A program made the position numbers and the translations under genes. From Prochlorococcus marinus subsp. pastoris str. CCMP1986 (GTDB taxonomy: Bacteria; Cyanobacteriota; Cyanobacteriia; PCC-6307; Cyanobiaceae): DNA of 32,000 bases. Positions 9,697 to 19,998 of this stretch are shown in pieces (position 1 is the first letter of the stretch; the number at the start of each line of letters is the position of its first letter). The stretch lies in contig NC_005072.1 of assembly GCF_000011465.1 (NCBI RefSeq), positions 990,001 through 1,022,000 of the forward strand. The letters run 5' to 3'. The notes under the pieces were generated by a model that saw nothing but the letters and a program-made list of their open reading frames with translations, was not told where the DNA came from and did no database searches.

Positions 9697-10314
9697 TTAT
9701 TGAATACTCTTAATCCATCGACGTAAAAGTTTTTCACCAGTTTTCCCTGATTTTTCAGGATGAAACTGGCAAGCCATTAAATTATCTCGTTCTATCATTG
9801 CTGTTAATTTTTCAGAACCATAACTAACATTTGCAGTTATTAAATTATTATTCGATGGTACCGCATGATAAGAATGAACAAAATATACCCAATTATTTAA
9901 TTCATCCACTTTTAATAAGCTATTTTTTCTTGTAGGAAGAAGTTCACACCAACCAACATGAGGGATTCTTTGATCAGACAATTGAGGGATTTTTTTTATT
10001 TGGCCCTTTACTATTCCAAGTCCATTAATTGTACCTTCATCACTTGATTCAAAAAGTAATTGCAATCCAAGACAAATCCCTAAAAATGATTTACCACTTT
10101 TAATCCAATTTTTAATATCAATTATTAACTCTGTTTTACTGAGATTATTAATAGCAGGATCAAATGAACCAACTCCTGGAAGTATTAATGCTTTACAGTC
10201 TTTTATTTGATGATTATTTTTTATTAAAATTATTTCTTCTTCAAGGCTTTCTAAGGCTTTTGTTACGGAATGTATGTTACCCATCCCATAATCTATGAGT
10301 CCTATTTTAGCCAA
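9697..10314 (-). CDS. hisH: imidazole glycerol phosphate synthase, glutaminase subunit HisH
   Basis: 205 aa. GLIDYGMGNIHSV, LPGVGSFDPA, KSFLGICLGLQLLFESS, and FQFHPEKSG-type ending (CQFHPEKSGKTG). Confidence 0.96.
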   Translation of the reverse strand: MAKIGLIDYGMGNIHSVTKALESLEEEIILIKNNHQIKDCKALILPGVGSFDPAINNLSKTELIIDIKNWIKSGKSFLGICLGLQLLFESSDEGTINGLGIVKGQIKKIPQLSDQRIPHVGWCELLPTRKNSLLKVDELNNWVYFVHSYHAVPSNNNLITANVSYGSEKLTAMIERDNLMACQFHPEKSGKTGEKLLRRWIKSIQ

Positions 10315-10323
10315 AACCTTATT

Positions 10324-10647
10324 TTATAAGTGTTTTGATAAGGTACTTGAAAGAGTCGCTTTTGGTACTGCTCCAACAACAGTATCAACTTTTTGACCAC
10401 CTTTGAAGATCATTAAAGTCGGGATACTTCTGATTCCATATTGACTTGCAACATTTGGATTCTCATCTGTATTTAATTTAAATACTTTGATTTTACCTTC
10501 AAAGTCTTTCGAAATCTCCTCTACTACTGGTGCGACCATCCTGCAAGGTCCGCACCATGGAGCCCAAAAATCAACTAAAACTGGCAGATTACTTTGCAAA
10601 ACTTCTTTGTCGAATGAAGAATCAGTTACGGCGGGGGCTGATGACAT
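10324..10647 (-). CDS. trxA: thioredoxin
   Basis: 107 aa. [23 protein letters not shown], and [15 protein letters not shown]. Confidence 0.97.
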   Translation of the reverse strand: MSSAPAVTDSSFDKEVLQSNLPVLVDFWAPWCGPCRMVAPVVEEISKDFEGKIKVFKLNTDENPNVASQYGIRSIPTLMIFKGGQKVDTVVGAVPKATLSSTLSKHL

Positions 10648-10740
10648 AATTTAGATATTCCTTTAAGAAAATTTAGCAAGCTATTCTTTTAAGTGATGAT
10701 TTCATTACAGATAAAAACATATAAGTAACAAAACAGACTT

Positions 10741-10762
10741 AAAAAAGCCCGATAAATCGGGC
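10741..10762 (-). terminator. Rho-independent terminator (3' end of Yfr1; may also terminate guaB3 read-through)
   Basis: Minus strand GCCCGA TTTA TCGGGC TTTTTT: perfect 6-bp stem, 4-nt loop, then six T. Confidence 0.88.
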
Positions 10763-10797
10763 GATTTGGTGTGTGAGGAGTATGGGGTTTCCCCCAT
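10741..10797 (-). ncRNA. yfr1: Yfr1 cyanobacterial small RNA
   Basis: The minus strand reads GGGGGAAACCCCATACTCCTCACACACCAAATCGCCCGATTTATCGGGCTTTTTT. This gives a 5' GGGG-AAA-CCCC hairpin, the unpaired ACTCCTCACAC core (plus coordinates 10771-10781), and a 3' GCCCGA-TTTA-TCGGGC hairpin followed by T6. It lies between guaB and trxA, as described for Yfr1 in marine picocyanobacteria. The ends are estimated. Confidence 0.93.
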
Positions 10798-10855
10798 GTA
10801 TTAATGATAACTCCTAAATAGAAATTTTTTCCATATGAAGAGATTAGATTTTATG

Positions 10856-12019
10856 TTATTTACCCATTCCAAGTCGTTGGGCTTTTTGATAAACCTTACC
10901 CTCTGTCAAGAGAGATGGTGCAATAACAATTTCTACTTTTTGCATTTCTTTAATATTTTTAGCTCCAAGAGTACTCATGGATGTCCGTATAGCTCCAATT
11001 AAATTATGTGTCCCGTCATCAAGTAATGCCGGTCCTTTTATGATTCTTTCTAAAGAACCTGTAGAGCCTACCTCAATTCTTGTACCTCTTGGTAAAATTG
11101 GACTAGGTGTAGCCATTCCCCAATGAAATCCATTACCTGGGGCACTTGATGATTTGGCTATAGGGGAACCAATCATTACAGCATCAGCGCCACAAGCAAG
11201 ACATTTACAAATATCTCCACCAGTAATAATTCCTCCATCAGCAATTATGGGGACATAACGTCCAGTTTCTTCAAAATAATCATCTCTTGCTGAACTGCAG
11301 TCAGATATTGCTGTTGCCTGAGGGATTCCGATGCCTAAAACCCCTCTGGAAGTACATGCAGCTCCAGGACCAATTCCCACCATAAGGCCTGCTACACCTG
11401 CTTTCATAAGTAGATCTGCAACTTCATAAGTTACACAGTTTCCAGCAACAACGGGAATTTTTAAAGATTTACATAGACTTTTAATATTTAACGTCTCTTT
11501 TCCTTCCATACCTAAATGCTCGGTTGAAACTACTGTTCCCTGTAGAAAAAATAAATCTATTTTTGATTTGACAAGTATTTCTTTAAATTTAATAGCAGCT
11601 TGAGGAGTACCACTTAAAGCGGCTATCCCTCCTTTTTCTTTAATTTCATTAATTCTTTTAATTATTAGATCTTCTTTTATAGGTTCACTATATATTTTTT
11701 GCATAAGAGGAACGAATTCACTTTTCCCAACAGATGAGATTTGACTTAATATTTCTTTTGGATTTTCATATCTAGTTTGAATACCCTCCATATTAAGAAC
11801 ACCAAGAGCTCCTAACTCTGAAAGCTCTACAGCTGTATCTACATCAACCACACTATCCATTGCACTCGCAATAATTGGAATTTCTCTTTTAACATTCCCA
11901 ATTGACCAAGAAGGATTAGTTAAATCATAATCTAGAGTTCGAGTCCCAGGAACTAACGCTATTTCATCAATACCATAAGCTCTTCTAACTTTTTTGTTTA
12001 AACCAATTTCAATATTCAC
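10856..12019 (-). CDS. guaB3: IMP dehydrogenase family protein, GuaB3 type
   Basis: VRRAYGIDEIALVPGTRTLDYDLTNPSW, VGIGPGAACTSRGVLGIGIPQATAI and PIIADGGIITGGDICKCLACGADAVMIGS, with no CBS-domain insert. The track ORF begins at 12088; a GTG at 12017-12019 (VNIEIGLNKKVRRAYGID) gives 387 aa and is the likelier start. Confidence 0.88.
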   Translation of the reverse strand: MNIEIGLNKKVRRAYGIDEIALVPGTRTLDYDLTNPSWSIGNVKREIPIIASAMDSVVDVDTAVELSELGALGVLNMEGIQTRYENPKEILSQISSVGKSEFVPLMQKIYSEPIKEDLIIKRINEIKEKGGIAALSGTPQAAIKFKEILVKSKIDLFFLQGTVVSTEHLGMEGKETLNIKSLCKSLKIPVVAGNCVTYEVADLLMKAGVAGLMVGIGPGAACTSRGVLGIGIPQATAISDCSSARDDYFEETGRYVPIIADGGIITGGDICKCLACGADAVMIGSPIAKSSSAPGNGFHWGMATPSPILPRGTRIEVGSTGSLERIIKGPALLDDGTHNLIGAIRTSMSTLGAKNIKEMQKVEIVIAPSLLTEGKVYQKAQRLGMGK

Positions 12020-12198
12020 AATTTTTTTATTTATTCTGATTAAGTTAACAACTAAAGGGGTAATAAGCCAATAATTATTGAAAAACAAAAGAGTTTTTTT
12101 ATTATTTGTGTATAAATGTGAGTATTTGAAAATTAATTATTAGCTTTTTTTTATTCATTCTGACAATCAGGGATTATTATTAAATAAAGATCTTTTAA

Positions 12199-14802
12199 AT
12201 GTCTGATATTGTTGATTCTGAGAATTCTGGTTTGAGTGAAAATAACGATCGAATCATTCAGACTGATTTAAGAAATGAGATGTCACGCTCTTATCTAGAG
12301 TATGCGATGAGTGTTATCGTCGGACGTGCTCTCCCTGATGCAAGAGATGGATTAAAGCCAGTTCATAGAAGGATCTTATATGCGATGTATGAGCTTGGTT
12401 TAACAAGCGGTAGGCCATATAGAAAATGTGCGAGGGTAGTTGGAGAGGTTTTAGGAAAGTACCATCCTCATGGAGATACTGCTGTTTACGATGCATTAGT
12501 ACGTATGGCACAGGATTTTTCTATGAGAATGCCATTAATTGATGGACATGGGAACTTCGGGTCCGTAGATAATGATCCACCTGCCGCGATGAGATATACA
12601 GAATCACGTCTTCAATCCCTAACAGATGAAAGTTTACTCGAGGATATTGAATCTGAGACTGTGGATTTTTCAGATAATTTTGATGGTTCACAACAAGAAC
12701 CAAATGTTTTACCAGCTAGGATCCCCCAACTCCTTTTAAATGGATCATCAGGTATTGCTGTTGGAATGGCAACTAATATACCCCCGCATAATTTAGGAGA
12801 ATTAATCGATGGTCTTAAAGCTATAATCAAAAATCCCTCAACAGAAGATAAAGAACTTTTTGAATTAATTAAAGGCCCAGATTTTCCAACTGGAGGCCAG
12901 ATACTAGGAAGAGATGGTATCAAAGAGACCTTCAAATCTGGGAAAGGGTCAATAACTATGAGAGGGGTTGCAGATATTGAACAAATCAAATCTCCTGGAA
13001 GAGCAGAAAAAGATGCCGTAATAATTACTGAGCTTCCATTTCAAACTAATAAAGCAGCTCTTATAGAAAGAATCGCAGATCTAGTAAATGAGAAAAGATT
13101 AGATGGGATATCAGATATTAGAGATGAAAGTGATAGAGATGGGATGAGAATTGTAATTGAGCTTAAAAGAGATGCCTATCCTCAAGTTGTTCTAAATAAT
13201 TTATTTAAAATAACACCTCTACAAAATAACTTTAGTGCAAACATTTTAGCTCTTGTCAACGGAGAACCTACAACCCTTTCTCTCAGAAAAATGCTAGATG
13301 TATTTTTAGAATTTAGAATTGAAACAATCAAAAGAAGAACAAGTTTCTTGTTAAGAAAAGCAGAGGAAAGAGATCACATTATCAAAGGTCTTCTTTTAGC
13401 ACTTAACGCTATGGATAACATTATAAATTTAATAAGATCTGCAAAAGATACGAATTCAGCAAGAGAACAACTGCAAAATGATCATGAATTATCTGTAATT
13501 CAAGCAGATGCAATTTTACAAATGCAATTAAGAAGATTAACAGCTTTAGAGGCAGATAAAATTAAATCAGAACATGATGAACTTACAAAAAAAATTACAG
13601 ATTACAAAAATATATTGAATGATAAAGAGAGAATAAATGAAATTATTCTTGAAGAGCTTAGTAAAATAGATGAAAGATTTTCATCTCCGAGAAAAACAGA
13701 GATTCTAAATTTAGGCGGGGGGCTAGATGATATTGACTTAATAGCCAATGAAAGATCCGTTGTCTTATTAACTACAGCAGGATACTTAAAAAGAATGCCT
13801 GTAAGTGAATTCGAATCTACAAGCAGAGGATCCAGAGGTAAAGCTGGAACAAAGAATCAACAAGATGATGAAGTTAAATTATTTATAAGCTGCAATGACC
13901 ATGACACTCTTCTACTTTTTAGTGATCGAGGGGTAGCTTATGCACTTCCAGCATATCGAGTACCTATGAGTAGTAGAACAGCTAAAGGGACTCCCTCTGT
14001 TCAACTACTCCCAATACCAAGAGAAGAACAAATCACTTCTCTTGTTTCAGTAGATTCTTTCGATAACGAGTGTTATTTATTAATGCTAACCAAAGCTGGA
14101 TTTATAAAAAGGACTCCACTATCTGCCTTTTCAAAAGTACGTTCAAATGGTTTAATAGCAATTAATCTAGAAGAGGGTGATGCTTTAACTTGGGTTAGAT
14201 TATCAACAGAAGGAGATAGTGTCTTAATCGGGTCAAGCAGAGGAATGACAATTCATTTTAGGTTAGATACTAATGAATTAAGACCTCTTGGGAGAACTGC
14301 TAGAGGTGTTAAATCAATGAACTTAAAAGAAGGAGATAAACTTGTTTCAATGGATGTTTTAAGTTGTGACCTGGTTGATCAATTAGCAAATCTTGAAGAG
14401 GAAGATATTGAAAATGAGAATGAGGAAGATCTTGAAAGTAAATCTTCAAATGGACCATGGATTTTAGTAGCAAGTGCTTTTGGTCTTGGGAAAAGAGTTC
14501 CAGTTACAAAATTTAGATTACAAAAACGTGCAGGTATGGGACTAAGAGCAATTAAATTCAGAATCAAAGATGATTCACTCGTCGGCCTTAAGGTTCTTGG
14601 AGAAGGTGAAGAATTACTTTTGGTTACAGAAAGAGGCGTAATTGTAAGAACTAATGCCGATAAAATCTCTCAACAATCAAGAGCTGCTACAGGTGTAAAG
14701 TTACAAAGACTAGATGATGGAGATCATTTATCCGAGGTTGTGTTGGTTCCTCATGAACAAATTGAAGAAGATCAATTAATTTCGAATGAAGAAGAAACTT
14801 AA
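12199..14802 (+). CDS. gyrA: DNA gyrase subunit A
   Basis: 867 aa. [80 protein letters not shown], and a C-terminal beta-pinwheel region. Confidence 0.96.
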   Translation: MSDIVDSENSGLSENNDRIIQTDLRNEMSRSYLEYAMSVIVGRALPDARDGLKPVHRRILYAMYELGLTSGRPYRKCARVVGEVLGKYHPHGDTAVYDALVRMAQDFSMRMPLIDGHGNFGSVDNDPPAAMRYTESRLQSLTDESLLEDIESETVDFSDNFDGSQQEPNVLPARIPQLLLNGSSGIAVGMATNIPPHNLGELIDGLKAIIKNPSTEDKELFELIKGPDFPTGGQILGRDGIKETFKSGKGSITMRGVADIEQIKSPGRAEKDAVIITELPFQTNKAALIERIADLVNEKRLDGISDIRDESDRDGMRIVIELKRDAYPQVVLNNLFKITPLQNNFSANILALVNGEPTTLSLRKMLDVFLEFRIETIKRRTSFLLRKAEERDHIIKGLLLALNAMDNIINLIRSAKDTNSAREQLQNDHELSVIQADAILQMQLRRLTALEADKIKSEHDELTKKITDYKNILNDKERINEIILEELSKIDERFSSPRKTEILNLGGGLDDIDLIANERSVVLLTTAGYLKRMPVSEFESTSRGSRGKAGTKNQQDDEVKLFISCNDHDTLLLFSDRGVAYALPAYRVPMSSRTAKGTPSVQLLPIPREEQITSLVSVDSFDNECYLLMLTKAGFIKRTPLSAFSKVRSNGLIAINLEEGDALTWVRLSTEGDSVLIGSSRGMTIHFRLDTNELRPLGRTARGVKSMNLKEGDKLVSMDVLSCDLVDQLANLEEEDIENENEEDLESKSSNGPWILVASAFGLGKRVPVTKFRLQKRAGMGLRAIKFRIKDDSLVGLKVLGEGEELLLVTERGVIVRTNADKISQQSRAATGVKLQRLDDGDHLSEVVLVPHEQIEEDQLISNEEET

Positions 14803-14826
14803 CAACCTTTAGATTAGAAAGTTCTT

Positions 14827-16038
14827 ATGGAAACACTTGATATTTTGATATTAGGTTCTGGGCCTGCAGCATTATGTTTGGCTTCAGAATTAGCCAAACA
14901 AAATCTTAATATCAAGGGGATATCAACAAAATCTCCTTATGAAAAATGGGAAAATACATATGGGATTTGGGCGTCTGAGTTAGAAGAATTTGGTTTAGTG
15001 TCTTTGTTATCTCATAGATGGTCAAAAACTGTAAGTTATTTTGGAGATGGAATAAAGGACAAAGGTAATAGTCCCACAAAACATTATTATGATTATGGTT
15101 TGATTAATCAGGAAGCTTTCCAAAATGAACTTTTGAAGACCTGCAAAGGTATTCAGTGGTTAAATGAAACTGCGAAATTAATTAAATCAAAAAACAAGAT
15201 TTCTGAAGTGATTTGTTCATCAGGGTTAAAACTAAAGGCAAGATTAGTCATTGATGCAAGCGGACATAAGAGTAAATTTATAAAAAGACCATTTTTAAAA
15301 GAAGTCGCACAGCAAGCTGCTTATGGAATCGTCGGTAAATTTTCTGCTCCTCCTGTAAAAAAAGATCAATTTGTTTTAATGGATTTTCGTTCTGACCATT
15401 TAGAGGATGAAGAGTTGTTAAAATCTCCCTCTTTTCTTTACGCAATGGATTTAGGGAGTGAAACTTATTTTGTGGAAGAGACATCACTAGCTAGTTATCC
15501 TTCTTTTTCACAAGACCATCTAAAAAAAAGACTTTTAAGTAGATTAAATAACAAAGGTATAAAAGTAGTAGAAATTTTTCATGAGGAGAATTGCTTATTC
15601 CCTATGAATTTACCACTACCATATAAGAATCAATCGGTTCTTGGTTTTGGAGGGGCCGCAAGTATGGTTCATCCCGCATCTGGATATATGATTGGTTCTC
15701 TATTAAGAAGAGCTCCACTTCTTGCTAAAAAATTAGCAATCTTTTTGAAAGAACCAAACTTTAGTTCACTTGAATTAGCCACTAAAGGATGGTCAGTCTT
15801 ATGGCCATATGAATTAATTCAAAGACATAGGCTCTATCAATATGGACTCAGGAGATTAATGAGCTTTGATGAAAGTAGATTAAGATGTTTTTTTTCTAAT
15901 TTTTTCAAATTGTCAACGGAAGAATGGGTAGGTTTTCTAACCAATACTCTTCCATTACCTAAATTGATTTATGTAATGAGTAAAATGTTTATAAATTCAC
16001 CTTTAAAAGTTAAGCTTGGGATGTTAAAGATAAAATGA
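14827..16038 (+). CDS. crtL: lycopene cyclase, CrtL type (likely beta-cyclase)
   Basis: 403 aa. FAD-binding ILGSGPAALCLASELAKQ, WGIWASELEEFGL, VEETSLAS, and GFGGAASMVHPASGYMIGSLLRRAP. The beta versus epsilon assignment cannot be made from sequence reading alone. Confidence 0.85.
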   Translation: METLDILILGSGPAALCLASELAKQNLNIKGISTKSPYEKWENTYGIWASELEEFGLVSLLSHRWSKTVSYFGDGIKDKGNSPTKHYYDYGLINQEAFQNELLKTCKGIQWLNETAKLIKSKNKISEVICSSGLKLKARLVIDASGHKSKFIKRPFLKEVAQQAAYGIVGKFSAPPVKKDQFVLMDFRSDHLEDEELLKSPSFLYAMDLGSETYFVEETSLASYPSFSQDHLKKRLLSRLNNKGIKVVEIFHEENCLFPMNLPLPYKNQSVLGFGGAASMVHPASGYMIGSLLRRAPLLAKKLAIFLKEPNFSSLELATKGWSVLWPYELIQRHRLYQYGLRRLMSFDESRLRCFFSNFFKLSTEEWVGFLTNTLPLPKLIYVMSKMFINSPLKVKLGMLKIK

Positions 16039-16043
16039 GATTC

Positions 16044-17627
16044 TTATAATTGCCAATCTTGAATTCTTATATTAGGGAATATGTTATCTTCTTCTTCAAT
16101 ATTTTTGAGAAATTTATAATCAATAAAAGATTTATTTTCTAACATCTCAATTAATTTCCAGAATCTAAAAAGATGTCTATCAATCCTTTCTTTAGCGAGT
16201 TCAGTTGTAGTTCCCGCCTTTAAAATGAAACTCCAATCAGAGGATTCAGAAAGAAGTAACTCTCTTGCTGCTTGCTTTAATAATCTTATAGAGAAATCAT
16301 CATTAAATTTATTACTGGATAATTCAACAAAAACAGAACCCGCTTTTGTTATTTCTGGAACTATCCATGCGTTTTTATCATTAAGCCAGTAATTATGAAA
16401 TCCGCCCTGACCCCAGCTTGAAGGAGATGGATCACAAATTTGAAGGTTAGGATTTTGGAGAAGAATTTCCCTTAGGTTTGTAAGCTTAATGAAATATTTT
16501 GTAGATCTTTTAAGAATATTTTCAATAAATCTTGGTCCTTCATACCACCAATGTCCAAATAGTTCAGCATCAAATGGAGCAATTAACAAAGGTTCGAATG
16601 ATGCGGATAAAGAAAGTTTCTTTAATTGTTTAGATCTTGATAAAAGATAATTGTCTGCATGTTCTTCAACTTTTTTTATAGCCTCATCTTCTACATAAAA
16701 TTCTTTTTTGCCTAGTGAACAATTATTGTTTGTAATTCTATGAAATTTCAATCCTAAAGGCCTGCTTGTTGGAATTCCTTTTTTTTGTAGTTCTGTGGAA
16801 GATAATTCCCACCCTAAGTCTTTATGAAATTCTCTATAAACTGAATTCCCTGGGTATCCTTCTCTTGAGGACCAAACTGGCAATGTTGATTCACTATCTC
16901 TCCCAAAAAAAGCTATCCCTTTTTTTGAACAAATAGGTGCATATACTCCATACCTTGGCCTTGGTGATCCATTTAAAATCCCATGACCGTCTAAAACTGC
17001 ATATCTAATTCCACAATTAAGTAATATTTCATCAAGTTTTTCATAATAAGCGCACTCAGGTAACCAAATCCCTAATGGTCTTGTTCCAAAAATAACTTTA
17101 TGACTTCTTATTGCAGTATTTATTTGACCTAAAACTGTTTCAGGGTTTTCTCTAAGAATTGGTAAATATCCATGTGTTGCCGCACAAGTAAGAATATCTA
17201 AATTTCCAGTCAAATTTAAATTTTTAAATCTTTCAACTAAATCTCCAGAACATTTTTCCCAATATAAATAATTATTTTTAATATTTCTCAGAAGAAATTC
17301 AGATGCAGCTTGTTCTTTTTTAGATAAATCATTCAAAAATTCTATTCTTGTTTTTATCCAGGATGAGTATTTCTTTTGAATTTGTTTATTTTGAAGAAGT
17401 GACAATAAGGTTGGAGATAAACTGAGGGTTAATTTTGTATTGCTTGTATCTTGCTTTTTGCTTGATTCCATTACTTGAAGTAATGGAATATAACATTCGA
17501 GTATTGCTTGGAATAACCAATCTTCTTCTAAGGAATTTTTTTCATTTTTTCTAACAAATGGGAGATGAGCATGTAAAACTATTGCCAATCTGCCTAAGTA
17601 ATTTTTATTAGGGAGAGGCCCATTCAT
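16044..17627 (-). CDS. glycoside hydrolase family 57 protein (candidate 1,4-alpha-glucan branching enzyme, DUF1957 type)
   Basis: 527 aa. LAIVLHAHLPFVR at the N-terminus, GIWLPECAYYEKLDEIL with a nucleophile-type Glu, and PFDAELFGHWWYEGPRFIENIL. Confidence 0.88.
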   Translation of the reverse strand: MNGPLPNKNYLGRLAIVLHAHLPFVRKNEKNSLEEDWLFQAILECYIPLLQVMESSKKQDTSNTKLTLSLSPTLLSLLQNKQIQKKYSSWIKTRIEFLNDLSKKEQAASEFLLRNIKNNYLYWEKCSGDLVERFKNLNLTGNLDILTCAATHGYLPILRENPETVLGQINTAIRSHKVIFGTRPLGIWLPECAYYEKLDEILLNCGIRYAVLDGHGILNGSPRPRYGVYAPICSKKGIAFFGRDSESTLPVWSSREGYPGNSVYREFHKDLGWELSSTELQKKGIPTSRPLGLKFHRITNNNCSLGKKEFYVEDEAIKKVEEHADNYLLSRSKQLKKLSLSASFEPLLIAPFDAELFGHWWYEGPRFIENILKRSTKYFIKLTNLREILLQNPNLQICDPSPSSWGQGGFHNYWLNDKNAWIVPEITKAGSVFVELSSNKFNDDFSIRLLKQAARELLLSESSDWSFILKAGTTTELAKERIDRHLFRFWKLIEMLENKSFIDYKFLKNIEEEDNIFPNIRIQDWQL

Positions 17628-17863
17628 AGTTTTTAAAGATTATGGTTGAAATTCGTTATAAAATATTAAAATTTACTTTTAGGCAAATATTCAATTATTT
17701 AATTTTTTAGAATAATACTTTATTAATCAAATATAAAAACTTTTTATTTATAATTTTTTAACCAAAAATAATAAGTTTTTGATTCCTATAGACAGGTAAT
17801 ATTTATCCGTATCTAGTAATTTTTTTTTAATTAGCTTAATATAGAATTAATTGTAATAAATTA

Positions 17864-19504
17864 ATGTCCAAAGATCCTGGCAGAATATTGATCTTTGATA
17901 CAACACTGAGAGATGGTGAGCAATCCCCTGGCGCGAGTTTAAATCTTGAGGAAAAGCTTGCAATTGCCCATCAACTTGCAAGATTAGGAGTAGATGTTAT
18001 TGAAGCAGGATTTCCATTTGCTAGTCCTGGAGATTTTAAGGCCGTAAATAAAATTGCTGAAGTAGTTGGTGGAGAAAATGGTCCAATAATTTGTGGTTTA
18101 GCCAGGGCTTCTACAAATGATATAAAAGCTTGTTATGAAGCTATAAGCCCAGCCCCTAAAAAAAGAATTCATACATTTATAGCCACTAGTGATATACACC
18201 TAAAACATAAACTTAGAAAAACAAGATCAGATGTTCTTTGTATAGTTCCTGAAATGGTTAGTTATGCTAAATCGTTAGTTGATGATATTGAGTTCTCTTG
18301 TGAAGATGCCTCAAGGAGTGATCCTGAATTTCTTTATGAAGTAATTCAACTAGCGATTACATCAGGAGCTACAACTATAAATATTCCAGATACAGTTGGG
18401 TTCACAACTCCAAGTGAATTTGGGAAGCTTATTTTTGATATTAATAAAAATGTTCCAAATATTGATGAAGCTATTATTTCAGTTCATGGTCATAATGATT
18501 TAGGTTTAGCTGTAGCTAATTTTTTAGAAGCAGCAAAGAACGGAGCTAGGCAATTAGAGTGCACAATAAATGGGATAGGTGAAAGAGCAGGGAATGCCTC
18601 TTTAGAAGAGTTAGTAATGGCATTACACGTGAGGAAAAGTTTTTTTAATAGTTTCTTTGGAAGAAGTTCAGATTCACCGACTCCATTAACAGCCATAAGA
18701 ACAGAAGAAATCACAAAAACTTCGAGATTAGTATCTAACTTAACTGGAATGAATGTTCAGCCTAATAAGGCAATTGTTGGAGCAAATGCTTTTGCTCATG
18801 AGTCGGGAATCCATCAGGATGGTGTACTAAAAAATAGACTCACATATGAAATTATTGATGCAAAAACTGTTGGTTTGAATGATAATAAAATTTCATTAGG
18901 GAAACTTAGCGGAAGAAGTGCCGTAAGAGCAAGATTGGAAGAGATGGGATACGATTTAAGTAGAGAAGACCTGAATGATGCTTTTGCTCGTTTCAAAGAA
19001 CTCGCTGATAGAAAACGAGAAATTACTGATAGAGATTTAGAAGCTATTGTTAGTGAACAGGTTCAACTTCCTGAATCTAAATTTCAACTAAGCCATGTTC
19101 AAGTTAGTTGCGGCAGTACATCAAAGCCTACCGCGACAGTAACTCTTATAAATACAGAAGATCATACTGAAGATACTGCTGTCGCAATAGGTACTGGACC
19201 TGTTGATGCGGTTTGCGAAGCGCTAAATGCATTAACTAAAGTTCCTAATGAATTAATAGAGTTTTCAGTAAAATCTGTAACGGAAGGAATAGATGCACTA
19301 GGGGAAGTTACTATAAGAATTCGTAACAAGAATAAAATATATTCAGGCCATTCTGCGGATACAGACGTAGTTGTTGCTGCTGCGAATGCTTTTGTTAATG
19401 CTTTAAACAGGCTTGTATTTTCAGAGAAGAAAAACTCTATTCACCCCCAATTTGATGATTTAGAAAATCCTAAAAATAAGGTACTATCAAATCCTAAAAA
19501 ATAG
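17864..19504 (+). CDS. leuA: 2-isopropylmalate synthase
   Basis: 546 aa. [74 protein letters not shown], and a C-terminal LeuA regulatory region. Confidence 0.96.
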   Translation: MSKDPGRILIFDTTLRDGEQSPGASLNLEEKLAIAHQLARLGVDVIEAGFPFASPGDFKAVNKIAEVVGGENGPIICGLARASTNDIKACYEAISPAPKKRIHTFIATSDIHLKHKLRKTRSDVLCIVPEMVSYAKSLVDDIEFSCEDASRSDPEFLYEVIQLAITSGATTINIPDTVGFTTPSEFGKLIFDINKNVPNIDEAIISVHGHNDLGLAVANFLEAAKNGARQLECTINGIGERAGNASLEELVMALHVRKSFFNSFFGRSSDSPTPLTAIRTEEITKTSRLVSNLTGMNVQPNKAIVGANAFAHESGIHQDGVLKNRLTYEIIDAKTVGLNDNKISLGKLSGRSAVRARLEEMGYDLSREDLNDAFARFKELADRKREITDRDLEAIVSEQVQLPESKFQLSHVQVSCGSTSKPTATVTLINTEDHTEDTAVAIGTGPVDAVCEALNALTKVPNELIEFSVKSVTEGIDALGEVTIRIRNKNKIYSGHSADTDVVVAAANAFVNALNRLVFSEKKNSIHPQFDDLENPKNKVLSNPKK

Positions 19505-19594
19505 TTTAGTTTTGGGATTATTAAGTTTAGCCAAAAACTAGTAGCCTAATAATGTAGATTAAAGCTTTAATTTTAAATTTAATCAACTAAAATA

Positions 19595-19987
19595 ATGAGA
19601 GATAAGGTATTAGGATATTGGACTCTTGCATGGGTTGGTTTGATAGGTAATATCATTGCTTTACCCATAATCGCTTTAATAGTAAGTTATGGACCTCCAT
19701 TAAAAGTGGCTAATATAACTCTAGCTATAAGTGTTGGCTGGCCTGCTGCAATAGTTGGAATAGTATCTGCTTCTGCTCTTTTAGCGGAGAAGAAATGGGG
19801 TATTACCTTAACTCTAGTATCTCTTTCAATGATAATTTCTGGAACAGCTCCATATTCTATTTTTCGATTAGTCGCCCTTAAAGATATTTTTGGAATTGGA
19901 GGTTTTACACTTATGTCCTCTTTATTTGGAATCTTAGCTTTAATATATTGGTGCAATCCGAAACATCGAAGAAGTATTAGATTATAA
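19595..19987 (+). CDS. conserved hypothetical membrane protein (130 aa, about 4 TM)
   Basis: Continuous ORF with four hydrophobic segments and a basic C-terminus (NPKHRRSIRL). Confidence 0.7.
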   Translation: MRDKVLGYWTLAWVGLIGNIIALPIIALIVSYGPPLKVANITLAISVGWPAAIVGIVSASALLAEKKWGITLTLVSLSMIISGTAPYSIFRLVALKDIFGIGGFTLMSSLFGILALIYWCNPKHRRSIRL

Positions 19988-19998
19988 AAAATATTAGA

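Noticed and set aside
10781-10797. ATGGGG-TTTC-CCCCAT inverted repeat considered as an independent terminator or operator
   Set aside because: It is better explained as the 5' stem-loop of Yfr1.
12314-12989. Three overlapping antisense ORFs opposite gyrA (12314-12511, 12521-12703, 12612-12989)
   Set aside because: They are shadow ORFs from codon usage of the highly conserved gyrA N-terminal domain.
17628-17863. Possible NtcA site (GTAN8TAC) in the leuA/GH57 divergent spacer
   Set aside because: I scanned by eye and found GTA half-sites but none with a correctly spaced TAC, so no NtcA site is claimed.
19506-19541. AGTTTTGG...CCAAAAACT near-inverted repeat after leuA as a terminator
   Set aside because: The arms are imperfect and A/T-rich, and no T-run follows on the plus strand, so it is too weak to call.
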